Assembly (NCBI GenBank): GCA_021296135.1
Contig: JAGWAZ010000003.1
Location: 2,596-66,595, forward strand
Source of the DNA: Chlorobiota bacterium
GTDB taxonomy: Bacteria > Bacteroidota > Ignavibacteria > OLB7
Length of the DNA: 64,000 nucleotides
Reading direction: 5' to 3'
Shown: piece by piece, positions 40,230-51,295 of the stretch
Layout of the letters: each line of letters starts with the position of its first letter
Position numbering within the stretch: position 1 is the stretch's first letter
The notes under the pieces: generated by a model
The model's database searches: none
What the model was told of the DNA's origin: nothing
Seen by the model: only the letters and a program-made list of their open reading frames with translations
Translations under genes and position numbers: made by a program

Positions 40230-41352
40230 CCGAAAAAATTGCTCGGAACGAACCGATAGCTAATGTCGCAACCATCATAGTAAAATACAGCGGGTAGCCG
40301 ATAACAGGCAATTTCAATCGGGTTACCTCGACAATCAATCCAATAACACATAATCCTACCCAGACAAGCCCAAGAATACCAACCCACTGATACAACGCAA
40401 GGGAATTCCACAGAACCAACGACGAAGCAAAGAAAAGAAGAGCTGGTAGAGCTGCAAGGTTTCGGAGAACCTTATGCGACCAGATCTGAAATGCAACACG
40501 ACCCCTCCAGGGCCACTTCGTTCCTTCGTATCTGAGGAACGTCGCCATCGACTGCTGTCCCATTCGTAGCCTCCGTTTACATTCAGTCCACAAGTTTCTG
40601 AGATTAATCTCTTCAACAACTGCGTTCGGTTCATACCAAACTCGTCTGCCATGCAATTGAATGGTGATTGCAAGATTCAGATCATCCGACATCCTGAAAT
40701 CGTTCAACGGAGTATAGGAGCCGTTGCGAACTGCAAAGCACTGTCCGGTCGGGCTGACAGTTGAATACCACAGGGATTCGTTCCGACGGAGAGCGTCTTC
40801 CATTCCACGGTATGTTGTTTCACCAACGTTCCCTACATTCTTATCGGTATCCTCGTAGATAACTCTGGCAACAACGCCTCCTACTTCTTCATCGGCAAAG
40901 CAGGCAACAATTGTCTTCAGCACATCCTGAGTTAACTCAATATCGGCATCACAGAAAATTATGATCTCGCTATCAGACTCTTCGGCAAGGGTATAAACAA
41001 TTTCGGTCTTCCCAACACGATTGAATCTTCTAAGATCAATTGTTTGATCCCGTTTCTGATACTCCATTACAATCTCGTCGGTCTGATCGCTCGACCCATC
41101 AGATCCGATTTTGAAGTAGAGCTTTTCTCGTGGATACTCAAGATCGACATAACTCTGAAGTCGACGACCAATTACCTCTTCCTCATTATAGGCTGCCATA
41201 ACGAAGCAGACTTCCGGAAGATAGGAGTCCGACTTTTGAATCGGACAAGGTCTTATTCGAGCCAGAATCGCAACAAAGAGAGGATACAGAATAAAAACGT
41301 AGAGCAACCAACCGAGAGATGTCCAGAACAGAATTTCAAACGCAAGATTCAT
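40186..41352 (-). CDS. Membrane-bound family 2 glycosyltransferase
   Basis: GT2 core (MAAYNEE, DAD) flanked by TM helices. Confidence 0.7.
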   Translation of the reverse strand: MNLAFEILFWTSLGWLLYVFILYPLFVAILARIRPCPIQKSDSYLPEVCFVMAAYNEEEVIGRRLQSYVDLEYPREKLYFKIGSDGSSDQTDEIVMEYQKRDQTIDLRRFNRVGKTEIVYTLAEESDSEIIIFCDADIELTQDVLKTIVACFADEEVGGVVARVIYEDTDKNVGNVGETTYRGMEDALRRNESLWYSTVSPTGQCFAVRNGSYTPLNDFRMSDDLNLAITIQLHGRRVWYEPNAVVEEINLRNLWTECKRRLRMGQQSMATFLRYEGTKWPWRGRVAFQIWSHKVLRNLAALPALLFFASSLVLWNSLALYQWVGILGLVWVGLCVIGLIVEVTRLKLPVIGYPLYFTMMVATLAIGSFRAIFSGEGLAMWTSPRIKH

Positions 41353-42578
41353 GCTGATATATCCGATGCTACTTCACTTCTCTTCAGCGCTGAGAACAGG
41401 AGCTTCTCAAATCGACGTCCGGTTTCTTCGACCGAGTACATCTCTTTGACAAAAGTCTTTCCCTTCTCAGCCAGAGCTTTCCGCTCTTCAGGGTTTTTTA
41501 ACAACTGAACAACAGCCGAGGCGATTTCTTCAGCATTATTGCCAAGGAGATATTCCTTATTCGGGGTTGCAAGGTTTCCTTCCGCCCCAATGGAGGTGCT
41601 GACTATGGGGAGTCCAGATGCCATCATCTCAACCATCTTAACACGCATTCCTCCTCCCACTCTCAGCGGAATAACGCTTACAGCAACAGACTGATAGTAT
41701 GGAAGGATATCATCAACATACCCTTCAATTCTGAACGACGAAGATGGAGGTGGAAGTTCATTGATTGGCGGTGCCTCACCAACCAAATGACAGACCGTGT
41801 CAGGCACCGATTTGAGTATCAGAGGCAGAATATCATTAGAGAACCAGATCGCGGCATCGCGATTCGGGGCCCAATTCATTCCTCCCAGGATAATCAGCGA
41901 GTGCTCGTCTCTCTGCTCTGGACCAACATACCTAAATCGTTCCAAGTCGACAGAAGCAGGGATCGTTTCAACATACAGGCCGGGAACAAGAGAACGAATA
42001 GTTGTTGCATCCCGATCAGTAATTGCGGCACAAACATCCGCCGCTCTCATCTGATCGACTTCGAACGCTTGCCATTTCTTGCACTGTGACTCAAGCCAGA
42101 GTCGCATCACGGGATTTCGCGTACGATCAGTATATCTCCGCCAGATTTCATGCTCAACATTATGGCTTCTGAAGAGATAGGGAAGTCCATATCGATTCTT
42201 CAGATGCGCACCGTACTGGGCAACGTGTGACTGATCAACATATATGGCGTCGAACTTCTCTTTTGCCTGAAGTCGATCAAGAATCCTGTAGACTTCCGGC
42301 AGATCCTTGCGGAGCTGAGTATATGGTCTCGAGTGAAACAGGGTCATTCCAGCACCAAGTATCCTCTGTAAGGGCTGAAAGGGAACAACATGAAGCCTAA
42401 CCATTGAGGTGAGAGGCCCGGTATCAAAAGGTTCCTTCCCTTCCTCCGGAGCAACGATATGAAGATCATGTCCTCTGGAAGCCAAACCCGAAAGTGTATG
42501 GTACATGCAGATACGAGCGCCATCTGTCAACGGCCATGGAATTCTTGATGTTATACCGAGAATTTTCATGCTCTTCAT
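41349..42578 (-). CDS. Family 4 (GT-B, RfaG-like) glycosyltransferase
   Basis: C-terminal E...GLP...EG motif typical of GT4. Confidence 0.75.
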   Translation of the reverse strand: MKSMKILGITSRIPWPLTDGARICMYHTLSGLASRGHDLHIVAPEEGKEPFDTGPLTSMVRLHVVPFQPLQRILGAGMTLFHSRPYTQLRKDLPEVYRILDRLQAKEKFDAIYVDQSHVAQYGAHLKNRYGLPYLFRSHNVEHEIWRRYTDRTRNPVMRLWLESQCKKWQAFEVDQMRAADVCAAITDRDATTIRSLVPGLYVETIPASVDLERFRYVGPEQRDEHSLIILGGMNWAPNRDAAIWFSNDILPLILKSVPDTVCHLVGEAPPINELPPPSSSFRIEGYVDDILPYYQSVAVSVIPLRVGGGMRVKMVEMMASGLPIVSTSIGAEGNLATPNKEYLLGNNAEEIASAVVQLLKNPEERKALAEKGKTFVKEMYSVEETGRRFEKLLFSALKRSEVASDISA

Positions 42579-43552
42579 ATTTCCTTATCAGGCCCGGTAC
42601 GCCGGATATAGGAAAGCAACATATTTCGACCGTGATGTCGAAGTCTCTGATTGAGAACACCTGCCAATCCATACAACAGGATACGAAGGGCATACCCTGT
42701 ATGAACGATACCCAACAATACTGCTCGCCCAGGTAAACTCAAGTGTTTTTTGGCATAGATCATTCTTGAGGTTCTCATTGCTCTGAAAAACCACCATGGC
42801 TTGGAGCGTGAACTACCTCCGACATGATGCATTACCCTCGACGAAGGCGTATATCCAACCCGGACACCATATTCCAATGCCCTTTTGCAGAGATCACTCT
42901 CTTCGTAGTACATAAAGAACGCCGAATCAAATCCTTTGATCTGCTCATAGAGCTTACGGTAAATCATAAATGCAGCGCCATGAGCAACTTCAATCACCTG
43001 TTCACACTCAGGATTGGCATGTCTGTCGAGTGTCCCATCAAACATCCGGAGCCCTGTTCTATCAAGCCAGAAAAACTCGCAGAAGATACGCCAAACCGTC
43101 GGAAATCTTAGTATCGAAGGTTGTACTGAACCATCAGGATTTTCGAGCATTGCTGCGGCAATGCCTATTTCCGAATGCCGTACAAGGTACGACCAGAGCG
43201 CTTCGATTGCCCCAGCGCGAACCTCGGTATCGGTGTTCAGAAAGAAAAGTATATCTCCTTTTGCATGTTCAGCTCCCAGAGTATTACCTCGCCCAAAGCC
43301 AAGATTCTTCCCGGCAGATATTACCGTAACCTCCGGGAAGTTTTCGATAATCATTGCTACACTATCATCTCTACTTTCGTTATCAACCACAATTATCTCA
43401 AAGGCAACACCTGTCTCTATTCCGGATTGATAAATTGCTTTGATAGCAGCACGCGTAAGCTTGCTGGTATTATAGCTGACAAGAATGATACTGATCATGT
43501 ACTGAGGCAGTTCGGAGTGTTTTCTTCCGTTTGGTGTGGAGACAGATACCAT
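42575..43552 (-). CDS. Family 2 glycosyltransferase
   Basis: ILVSYNT...VVDNESRDDS motifs. Confidence 0.75.
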   Translation of the reverse strand: MVSVSTPNGRKHSELPQYMISIILVSYNTSKLTRAAIKAIYQSGIETGVAFEIIVVDNESRDDSVAMIIENFPEVTVISAGKNLGFGRGNTLGAEHAKGDILFFLNTDTEVRAGAIEALWSYLVRHSEIGIAAAMLENPDGSVQPSILRFPTVWRIFCEFFWLDRTGLRMFDGTLDRHANPECEQVIEVAHGAAFMIYRKLYEQIKGFDSAFFMYYEESDLCKRALEYGVRVGYTPSSRVMHHVGGSSRSKPWWFFRAMRTSRMIYAKKHLSLPGRAVLLGIVHTGYALRILLYGLAGVLNQRLRHHGRNMLLSYIRRTGPDKEI

Positions 43553-45015
43553 TATGTCAATTGTAGTCGCCGAAGCTTTCGTAAATCCGAAAAATTTATT
43601 GTTCGCGACGCAAAGAGAATAATCACCAGTAGAGGAAGCAGTAGCACAGCCCTGAATATCGATTCTGTTATATCGGTCGTGAAATAGTAACCAGCTGCAA
43701 AGAGTATGGCAACCGCTGTCAGGCGAATCATCCCGTTGATTGCGCCGACGCGATAGGACTTTCCAATCACAACCATCTGATAAACGATTTTGCCTGCCAC
43801 TGAGAACGTCTTGGCAACAAGAATTCCAGCGATCCCCCAGTATATTATCCCAACAACCTGAAAAGCGAGTGCCAATCCAAGTGACAAAAGAGTACCGGTC
43901 ATTACCTCGCGTCGTTTGTCAATGCCTATCAAGGATTGATCGTAGAGAATTACGAGGAACTCGAGAATATTCGTAATCGAATAAATCCGCAACATCCACG
44001 CATTTTCGGTATACACCTTCCCAAAAAGTCCAATAATCTCTTCGGCAAACAGAAGAGAAATTGCGCTTATCGAAATAGCAATCCCCCCCAGAACATTGAC
44101 GCCAACTGACATCACCCATTCTCCTTTAACATCGCTCCTGGCTCGTTTATGCACCTGAGAGAGCAAAGGCTGTAGACCAACACTAATCGAGACAGCGATA
44201 AAGATGGTTCCCATCAGTGGACTAATGGCAGCTATATAGTCACCCACCAAATCCTTTCCATAGACAGCGTTAATCACCAGCGGCTCGATTCGTCCGAACA
44301 GTTGCGATGCAATAGCCATGATAGCTATCGGCATCGCACTATATGCCATACCCTTTACATACCGCGAATGATATCGCTTACTCGATGTTGAAGAACGTTT
44401 GAAGGCCCTTACCACAGGAAAGGCAATAAGGATAAAGCCGGGAATGTTAACAAGAAGAAGTAGTGTTATCACTGAGGTTGCAGTGAAGTCAACAATATTC
44501 CTCAGAAGAAGAACTGCACTGACCATTAACATCGTATCGAGCGTAGCAACTGCACCGACAACCCACGCTCTACCCTTCACTCGCCATATCATTTCGGGGA
44601 TCTGCCTGAAGCTCGTAAACCGGCCTGAGACAATCACCACTCCCATACCAATCAGAACGGGAACAAGCAGATCACTATCGCCAAAAACAACCGCAAGAAT
44701 GATTGCGACGGAAAGACCAATAACAAATGTGATTGATCGCAGATAGAATGAAGACTGGAATGCAGGGGATGAAAAACCACCAGCGACAGCAATACGCGGC
44801 AAGGCAACAGCAACAATACCAAAGTCTACGACAGCAGCACCAATCATTACGTAGGTCTGCATGCAGAGCGTATACGTATCCCAACCACTTTCACCAAGCA
44901 CTCTTGCCAGGATAGGTTGAACAGCAAATGCAAGAAGAGCGCCCAAGCCCTGCAAGACAACGGTCAGACTGATGTCTGTACCAAGTCCGAGTTTTTTGTT
45001 CAGTCTTCTTAGCAT
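43552..45015 (-). CDS. wzx: Polysaccharide flippase (Wzx, MOP superfamily)
   Basis: 487-aa polytopic membrane protein with about 12-14 TM. Position in the locus. Confidence 0.65.
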   Translation of the reverse strand: MLRRLNKKLGLGTDISLTVVLQGLGALLAFAVQPILARVLGESGWDTYTLCMQTYVMIGAAVVDFGIVAVALPRIAVAGGFSSPAFQSSFYLRSITFVIGLSVAIILAVVFGDSDLLVPVLIGMGVVIVSGRFTSFRQIPEMIWRVKGRAWVVGAVATLDTMLMVSAVLLLRNIVDFTATSVITLLLLVNIPGFILIAFPVVRAFKRSSTSSKRYHSRYVKGMAYSAMPIAIMAIASQLFGRIEPLVINAVYGKDLVGDYIAAISPLMGTIFIAVSISVGLQPLLSQVHKRARSDVKGEWVMSVGVNVLGGIAISISAISLLFAEEIIGLFGKVYTENAWMLRIYSITNILEFLVILYDQSLIGIDKRREVMTGTLLSLGLALAFQVVGIIYWGIAGILVAKTFSVAGKIVYQMVVIGKSYRVGAINGMIRLTAVAILFAAGYYFTTDITESIFRAVLLLPLLVIILFASRTINFSDLRKLRRLQLT

Positions 45016-45059
45016 GCACGGAAAAGATGTAGTATATCGACAGATTACAGGATAACAGA

Positions 45060-46535
45060 CTAAGAGTACTTTTCTCTCGGTTGAGCAAAGCCTTCGCGAT
45101 ACCCGTTCCCTGTGTAGACATAATCAAGTGTTGCATAGCAGAGTGCATAGAGGGTCAAAGATATATACGCAGATATACTGTTAGATGTAAAGTTCGTGAT
45201 CAACATGCTGACCAATGTAGTAAGAGCACCAACAGCAAACATTTGATGATTCCGACTCATCGTTTTTAACGATGAAAAGGGTAATCGTATCAGAGGGAAC
45301 AGGAGGACGAACATCAAGAACAATCCAGCCGGTATCCCATACTTGTAAAGCATAGCTACATAACCGTTATGGATAAATATGGTGCGTCCGGTGATTTGAA
45401 AGGGTTTGTCGTAAAAACTGAAACGTACGCCATAGCCGTAACCGAAGGTTGGTGATACGGCCACTGCTTTCAACGCCCCTTTCGCTTCATAGAGCCGTGA
45501 ATTGAAAGAATGATCACTCTCCAACCGTTCAAATGTTTCGATTCTATTGGTAACATTACCAATGATTGATTGCGAGAAACCTGGAAGGACGACCAGGAGT
45601 GTCAGGATAAGCCCTGTCAGAGCAGTTAGGAATGCGGCAATCAGTATAGCAGCTCTTCGAGGTGGCACAAGAAAGAGTGCCAGGAATACTCCTATCGTTG
45701 CTGCTGCAATTGGTCCTCGTGAAAGAGTCATCAATAGGAATGCAATCCCAGAGACAAGAATTGCCATGCTGACCGGGATAGTTTTGATACTTCGAGTAAA
45801 TGCCAACCATGCGAAGGCAACACAAATCAACACCACAGAGAGCAACTCATACGATTTGACACGCGCATTTATTTCACCGAATCGGAGTGCGGATTCAACG
45901 ACTTGCTGTTGATACGTAGCCAGATTGTTCAGACCATTAATCAAAGCAACTCCAACTACCACACCAACCAGAATTATGATGTCTCGATCATTCTGCATCG
46001 ACTTGCGATAGGGATAATAGAGAAGGATCGAAAGAAAGGAAAGGAACTCACGGGAATACAATCGGAAACTTCCCTCAAAGTAAAGTGATCCAATGCTTGC
46101 CGTGCACATACAGAGTAGCACAGCTAACAATAGAAACCAGTCAAATGTGGAATAAATAATCTGATTGCGATATACCATTGTCTCTTTGGTAAACCAGACT
46201 ACCAGTCCAAGGGAAACATAGAGCGCATAGATCAACTCAGCCGGGCCGAATCCACCTTCGGTTGGCCGGAAAACCAATGAAAGCATTGCAGCAATTGTGA
46301 TCCATATCCACAGTCGTTCATTCAAGAAGATGAGATAGACCGAGAAAAGTCCAACCCCAAGAAGCAGTACCGAACTGCCAACGGGCAATCCTGTGAAAGA
46401 GCCAATGATGCGGTTTTCTGCCAGGAGGATGAAAGCGACAATACTTAAAGCAATAACAAGACCGAAAACTATCGAAGTAATCGACAGTTTCTCCGACAAG
46501 CTATGGGTAAAACGATCAGGATTAGTCAGAGCCAT
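45060..46535 (-). CDS. wzy: O-antigen/EPS polymerase (Wzy, O-antigen ligase-like)
   Basis: 491-aa polytopic membrane protein with a large periplasmic loop. Locus context. Confidence 0.55.
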   Translation of the reverse strand: MALTNPDRFTHSLSEKLSITSIVFGLVIALSIVAFILLAENRIIGSFTGLPVGSSVLLLGVGLFSVYLIFLNERLWIWITIAAMLSLVFRPTEGGFGPAELIYALYVSLGLVVWFTKETMVYRNQIIYSTFDWFLLLAVLLCMCTASIGSLYFEGSFRLYSREFLSFLSILLYYPYRKSMQNDRDIIILVGVVVGVALINGLNNLATYQQQVVESALRFGEINARVKSYELLSVVLICVAFAWLAFTRSIKTIPVSMAILVSGIAFLLMTLSRGPIAAATIGVFLALFLVPPRRAAILIAAFLTALTGLILTLLVVLPGFSQSIIGNVTNRIETFERLESDHSFNSRLYEAKGALKAVAVSPTFGYGYGVRFSFYDKPFQITGRTIFIHNGYVAMLYKYGIPAGLFLMFVLLFPLIRLPFSSLKTMSRNHQMFAVGALTTLVSMLITNFTSNSISAYISLTLYALCYATLDYVYTGNGYREGFAQPREKYS

Positions 46536-46565
46536 CGTGCTACGAAGTAGAGCCTTTCAGTTGAT

Positions 46566-47789
46566 TTACGATGACTTGTTATCAATGAAGCTTTGCCGGT
46601 ATACACGGTAACGCCGATTAAACGACCGGAAGAAAGCAGTAAATGCAATGATGACATAACTGATCAGGAGAGTTCCGAAAAATGCTGAAAGCAGGGCAAG
46701 TGAAGGCTTCGGCCGAGCCTTGACTGCCGGTGGTGTCGCCTCATGAACAAAAAGCAATTGGGGAATATCCCGTTGTTCATCAAAGAGGGTCTGTTGATAC
46801 ATCGGTTCGACAATCGCCATTAGTTCAGCACTCACCTCGTAATCCTGTCTAAGTTTTGCATACTCAATGAGCCCTTCTGGAAGACTGCTCACAGAAGGTC
46901 CAACGCCGGCTCTACCCGCTTCAAGACGTTTTTGTTCACGTTGATACTGCTTGAGCAGGGCTTTTTGTTGGGTAACTGCAGGGTCGTCGGCTCCAAGCAT
47001 ATGTTCAAGCATGTTAACCAATGCTCGTTGAGTACTTTCATGAACTCGCGCTTCGATCAACGCTGTTGCTGTGGCAGTCAGTTGCGACTCAGGCTCATAA
47101 ATATTCGTCCTGTGCATAAACTCCCGCATTTTTGCCGCAACTTCATCGTGGTTTTTCTGAAGCTCTTCATAGCGGCCAGCGATAAACTGTGAAATCGGCT
47201 CTGTCTCCACACGATTCAACTCTACAAGCATGGAATTGGTGAATCGAATCAAATCGTTGGCCATGTTTGCAGCCCGCTCAGGGTCAGTATCATAGATACT
47301 GACAATAATGGGGCCTTCAAGGTCATTCTCAAGTTCAAGGTGACCATCAAGGGCTCCGTACACCAGATCCCTCCTCCCCTCTGGTATTTCGTATACCTGG
47401 TAGAGATCATATGCGTCAATTAACGAATCCTTTATAGCGTCGCTTGTAAGTATCGAGAAGGTTGTATATCCGCTTTCGCTACTCTTCCTGCCTATCAATT
47501 TGGAAATAGAAATTGATTTCAAGCCTGATGAGAAATCACCCAGCAGGTTATCAAGCGGAGTACCACTTTTTCGCGGTGGGACTGAAACCGCAGTTGCCCT
47601 GAACTCTGGTGTAACATGATTGTTGACATAGTACCATACTCCCGCAGAAACAATCAACGCAAGAATCAGTACCCACCACCACGTTCGTCTGAGAAGCCGA
47701 TACTGTTCAAAAAGAATGATCTGGCCCGGAGGAAGAGGACCTTCCATGGACTCTGCCGGATCATGCCGTTGAATTGATGTTGTTTCCAT
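46566..47789 (-). CDS. Polysaccharide chain-length determinant protein (Wzz/PCP family, no kinase domain)
   Basis: N-terminal and C-terminal TM helices flanking a coiled-coil periplasmic domain. 407 aa. No Walker motifs. Confidence 0.6.
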   Translation of the reverse strand: METTSIQRHDPAESMEGPLPPGQIILFEQYRLLRRTWWWVLILALIVSAGVWYYVNNHVTPEFRATAVSVPPRKSGTPLDNLLGDFSSGLKSISISKLIGRKSSESGYTTFSILTSDAIKDSLIDAYDLYQVYEIPEGRRDLVYGALDGHLELENDLEGPIIVSIYDTDPERAANMANDLIRFTNSMLVELNRVETEPISQFIAGRYEELQKNHDEVAAKMREFMHRTNIYEPESQLTATATALIEARVHESTQRALVNMLEHMLGADDPAVTQQKALLKQYQREQKRLEAGRAGVGPSVSSLPEGLIEYAKLRQDYEVSAELMAIVEPMYQQTLFDEQRDIPQLLFVHEATPPAVKARPKPSLALLSAFFGTLLISYVIIAFTAFFRSFNRRYRVYRQSFIDNKSS

Positions 47790-47822
47790 TAGTCAATAGA
47801 AGGTACTGAACTGCTATTTGAT

Positions 47823-49502
47823 TTATTGCGGGCCAATGCCGAGTCCTACCCAAACTTGAGTCTCCTGTTCACTCCCCACGTTCTCTCGATCAAATTCTCT
47901 ATAAGAACCTCTCAGACGTACGTACATATTTCTCAAGAATTCATAGTCAACTCTGAGATCTATTGTGGTGCTCGTCTCGAGATCACCATCAAGGAATTCA
48001 ACGATTTCTGCTGAGAATGAATCAAATGTGCGTCGAATATCACCCCCAACATTTCGTACGATCTGTCCATCACGAACAACGTTGGCTCCGTGTTCTCCAT
48101 AACCGAGGGACAGAGTTGCCTGTGCATTCGGAATTGGCCAGAATTCGAGTTCACCTTCGAAAAGGAATGAATTCGGTTCGAGGCCTGAGGCTGCAAGAAT
48201 TGCTCCGTCATGGATATATGCATTGATCCCGCTGACGTGCGAGTAGACATACGGCTCAAGTCGTGTATATGAGACTCCTAAGTCAACTATATCAGTCACG
48301 ACTTTGCCTCCAAGTCGCCAGGCAGTCTTGTTCCCCCAAAACCCCTCTCCAATCCTTGAGAAGATTAGATCATCGAGAAGGAATTCGCCTTCAAGAAAGA
48401 GGCCATACGGGAGAGTTGCTGACAAGGTGGCATACATTAGAGAGTTATCGCGATCACGCAAATAATGTTCCTGTGACTTGATAAAGTTCAACGGATTAAG
48501 ATAACCGATCTCGAAAGGTCGTCTACTGTATATAATTGCTTCTCCTAAGGAAAGACGAACTCCACCAAAGGGGCCAACGCTAAGCAAGTGTGTTGCGATG
48601 TACTTAGACGGGATTTGAGCCCCGGCGCCAATTGCATTGCCAAGAGTATCGTCGAGTAGCGATGCATGGATATGTGAGAAAGCTACCTTACCTACATTAG
48701 CCTGAAGACGTATGTAATCGGTGTTTGAAGGGAGTTCCGCACCTAAAAGGAGCGACTGTCGACCGCTCACACCGAGCTGCAGAGGTTCACGTCCAATCTC
48801 AAGAGCCACTCCTTTGAAATCTGCTCTGAAGTGTGCGGAGCCAAAGTCGATATCTCTTTGTGCCCCTAATAGCCCGAACTTCAGGGAACGGCCGTAACGT
48901 GGATCAACTCTGAGAACCGTATCGTTTCCAACTATTGTCCCGTTTGTTGCTTTGCCAGAAAAACCTACATGATTAAACAGCATCCCTCTCAGTCTGAGGC
49001 CACCCTGCAGAATCGTGGCACTTGATGATCGTTCGCCATCGTACCGGAACTCAGCCTCAAGCACGGGATCAAGAAAGATCGTCGATCCTGTTCCTGTATC
49101 GTAATACCCAATGCCTGTAAATGGTTCGGAAAATTGAGGTTTGTCGAATACAGTTCGTTGAGTATTGGAGACTGGAATCACAACTGAGCGTTTGGTAATT
49201 CCTGCATCGGCCCGCAGTTCCCTGATGTACCACTCGGCCTGCTCTCTCATCCTCTTAGAAAGCGTGGAATCAGCACCTGCTTCCTGTAAATACTCCAAGG
49301 CTGCTCGTCTCGAAATCGGGAGATGCTCAATTGGAAGGGACTGGATACCCCCATACTGATAGATGCGTTGCAAAACTGATATGGCTGGGTGATCGAGGGG
49401 GAGCAGATCGGCCTGAGCAATCAACCTCGATGGGGTTGTGAAGGCCATCAATGCCAAACCCAAACATGAAACCAAAGATATAAACGACGCTCTACAACTC
49501 AC
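47823..49502 (-). CDS. Secreted/outer-membrane protein of unknown function in the polysaccharide locus (possibly a Wzi-like capsule assembly beta-barrel)
   Basis: Signal peptide, an N-terminal helical segment, then a Gly/aromatic-rich beta-type sequence. Family membership is not established. Confidence 0.3.
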   Translation of the reverse strand: MSCRASFISLVSCLGLALMAFTTPSRLIAQADLLPLDHPAISVLQRIYQYGGIQSLPIEHLPISRRAALEYLQEAGADSTLSKRMREQAEWYIRELRADAGITKRSVVIPVSNTQRTVFDKPQFSEPFTGIGYYDTGTGSTIFLDPVLEAEFRYDGERSSSATILQGGLRLRGMLFNHVGFSGKATNGTIVGNDTVLRVDPRYGRSLKFGLLGAQRDIDFGSAHFRADFKGVALEIGREPLQLGVSGRQSLLLGAELPSNTDYIRLQANVGKVAFSHIHASLLDDTLGNAIGAGAQIPSKYIATHLLSVGPFGGVRLSLGEAIIYSRRPFEIGYLNPLNFIKSQEHYLRDRDNSLMYATLSATLPYGLFLEGEFLLDDLIFSRIGEGFWGNKTAWRLGGKVVTDIVDLGVSYTRLEPYVYSHVSGINAYIHDGAILAASGLEPNSFLFEGELEFWPIPNAQATLSLGYGEHGANVVRDGQIVRNVGGDIRRTFDSFSAEIVEFLDGDLETSTTIDLRVDYEFLRNMYVRLRGSYREFDRENVGSEQETQVWVGLGIGPQ

Positions 49503-49504
49503 TG

Positions 49505-51295
49505 TTATGGACTGATGATATTGATGACCGAACTGACAATGCCGAAAGCTCCGGAAATAATAAACAGGATAGTACCTGCTTGTTCGAGAGCAGTCCGTGC
49601 AGGGGTGTCACGTTTACCGGGAACGTAGATATGGTCACCCGGCTCAATAGCAGCATCTACTCCGTCCCAGACACCGGTCCCATACTTCTCGATTTCGACT
49701 CGCTCAGGCGCCGCAGCCTTCGTGTAGCCCCCGGCTTTTTCGATATAGTAGTCGTAATTCTCACCTGGAACGTATGTAACCCACCCAGGATGTTTTATAC
49801 GCCCGCTGACGTATACTTGTTCTCTCTCTCTTGGGATGCTGATTTCATCTCCATGCTGAAGAATCACATCTTTTGATCGATCACCATGCTTGAAAATTGC
49901 CACAAAATCAGCTGAAACAAGATTTTGCTGCATTTGTCGATCTGCTACATACCGAAGCGTATCTTCAAGATGAAGCGAACTTGTGGTGATTCCAGCAATT
50001 GGGTCGAGTATCTGCCGCTGAGGACGAAGAGCAAGTGGGTCTTCCAAGCGACGGATGTATGAGCCATTAAGCGATGCGAACGGCGTAAAGCCCCCGGCTT
50101 TCTCGATGACCTGGGACAACCTTGTCTCGCCCGGAACAATAGAATAGGTTTGGGGAATAACGACTTCTCCTCGGATTGTCACAATGCCATTCTTGCCAAT
50201 TCGCAGCTTCTCTCTGCTCGGAACGATAATCTGGTCTCCCGGAGCCAGCAGAAATGATACTATGGTTCCGGAGTCCGATAGATCAACGGGAATTCGCTCC
50301 TCTTCTGTTGCTCCTATCCGTACAATATATGCCTGTTCCGGAGCGGCATCCTCACGAAGACCGGCTGCAAGATTCAGGAGGAATGGAATATTATCTTCCT
50401 CACGATAACGAATGGCAACTATTGGGTTGTTCACTGCGCCAACAATCGAAATGCTGGCAGCAAAAAGATCAGGAAACTCAACGATGATCTGGTCTCCCTC
50501 CCTCAAGGTTGGATTATCCTTATCCTCGCCAAACGCCTGATAACGAATAAGGTCGGCCTCACTTGAAGAGCCGTCTGCATGTCTGACAATGACGCGCCGA
50601 ATTATGCCATTGGAGGTTGACCCTAAACCGACATTGCCAATGCTATTCTGCGAGTTACCACCAAGCACTCTCTGTTTGCTTATCTCGAGCAACTGTTTGT
50701 CAACACTTGCAAGTTCTTCAGGGACTCTGTTCGCGAGATCAACTGCAGTCGTAACTCTATCTGCTGATGTCAGCAGATAACGTCCAGGCACAACAATGTT
50801 TCCACCTACGGTAACATATATCGAACGAGGTTTCTGCAAAGAGACACGGACCGTACCATATTCAGATGTACGATTTCTGAAAATGTTCTCAAGCGTATCA
50901 CTTACTTCAGCAAGCGTCAATCCATCAACATCAAGCGGTTGAAGGCCTCGTGGGAGAACGAGTTGATTATCGAACCCGACAACAGCAGGAAACGTGAGAA
51001 TATTAGTTGTAATAACCAGATAGTCATTCGGGCCGACATAATACTGTTCAGGGTTCACACGACGTTCTACAGGACTCAACTCTGTGCCAGTTATCGATGG
51101 GAATTGATTAGCTGTCTCTTTCTCGTCAAAAATTGACTTGATATCAGCTCCCGGAACCGGAGTTTCCGGACCCTGTGCCATGACCCTATGAGAATTGTAG
51201 CAGGTCAGCACGAGCACAAACATCATGAATGGGAGAAAGAGTATTCTACTATTCATCCTAAACGAAGGAAGTATTGATCTCCGATGATTCATCAT
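49505..51295 (-). CDS. Polysaccharide export protein with multiple SLBB domains (Wza-like, extended)
   Basis: Signal peptide, repeated beta-grasp SLBB-like segments, and a C-terminal TM helix. 596 aa. Confidence 0.65.
   Translation of the reverse strand: MMNHRRSILPSFRMNSRILFLPFMMFVLVLTCYNSHRVMAQGPETPVPGADIKSIFDEKETANQFPSITGTELSPVERRVNPEQYYVGPNDYLVITTNILTFPAVVGFDNQLVLPRGLQPLDVDGLTLAEVSDTLENIFRNRTSEYGTVRVSLQKPRSIYVTVGGNIVVPGRYLLTSADRVTTAVDLANRVPEELASVDKQLLEISKQRVLGGNSQNSIGNVGLGSTSNGIIRRVIVRHADGSSSEADLIRYQAFGEDKDNPTLREGDQIIVEFPDLFAASISIVGAVNNPIVAIRYREEDNIPFLLNLAAGLREDAAPEQAYIVRIGATEEERIPVDLSDSGTIVSFLLAPGDQIIVPSREKLRIGKNGIVTIRGEVVIPQTYSIVPGETRLSQVIEKAGGFTPFASLNGSYIRRLEDPLALRPQRQILDPIAGITTSSLHLEDTLRYVADRQMQQNLVSADFVAIFKHGDRSKDVILQHGDEISIPREREQVYVSGRIKHPGWVTYVPGENYDYYIEKAGGYTKAAAPERVEIEKYGTGVWDGVDAAIEPGDHIYVPGKRDTPARTALEQAGTILFIISGAFGIVSSVINIISP

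Noticed and set aside
43014-43687. 119-170 aa plus-strand ORFs antisense to the GT2 and Wzx genes
   Set aside because: The minus-strand genes have clear GT2 motifs and a coherent operon structure. The plus-strand frames have no motifs and overlap them completely.
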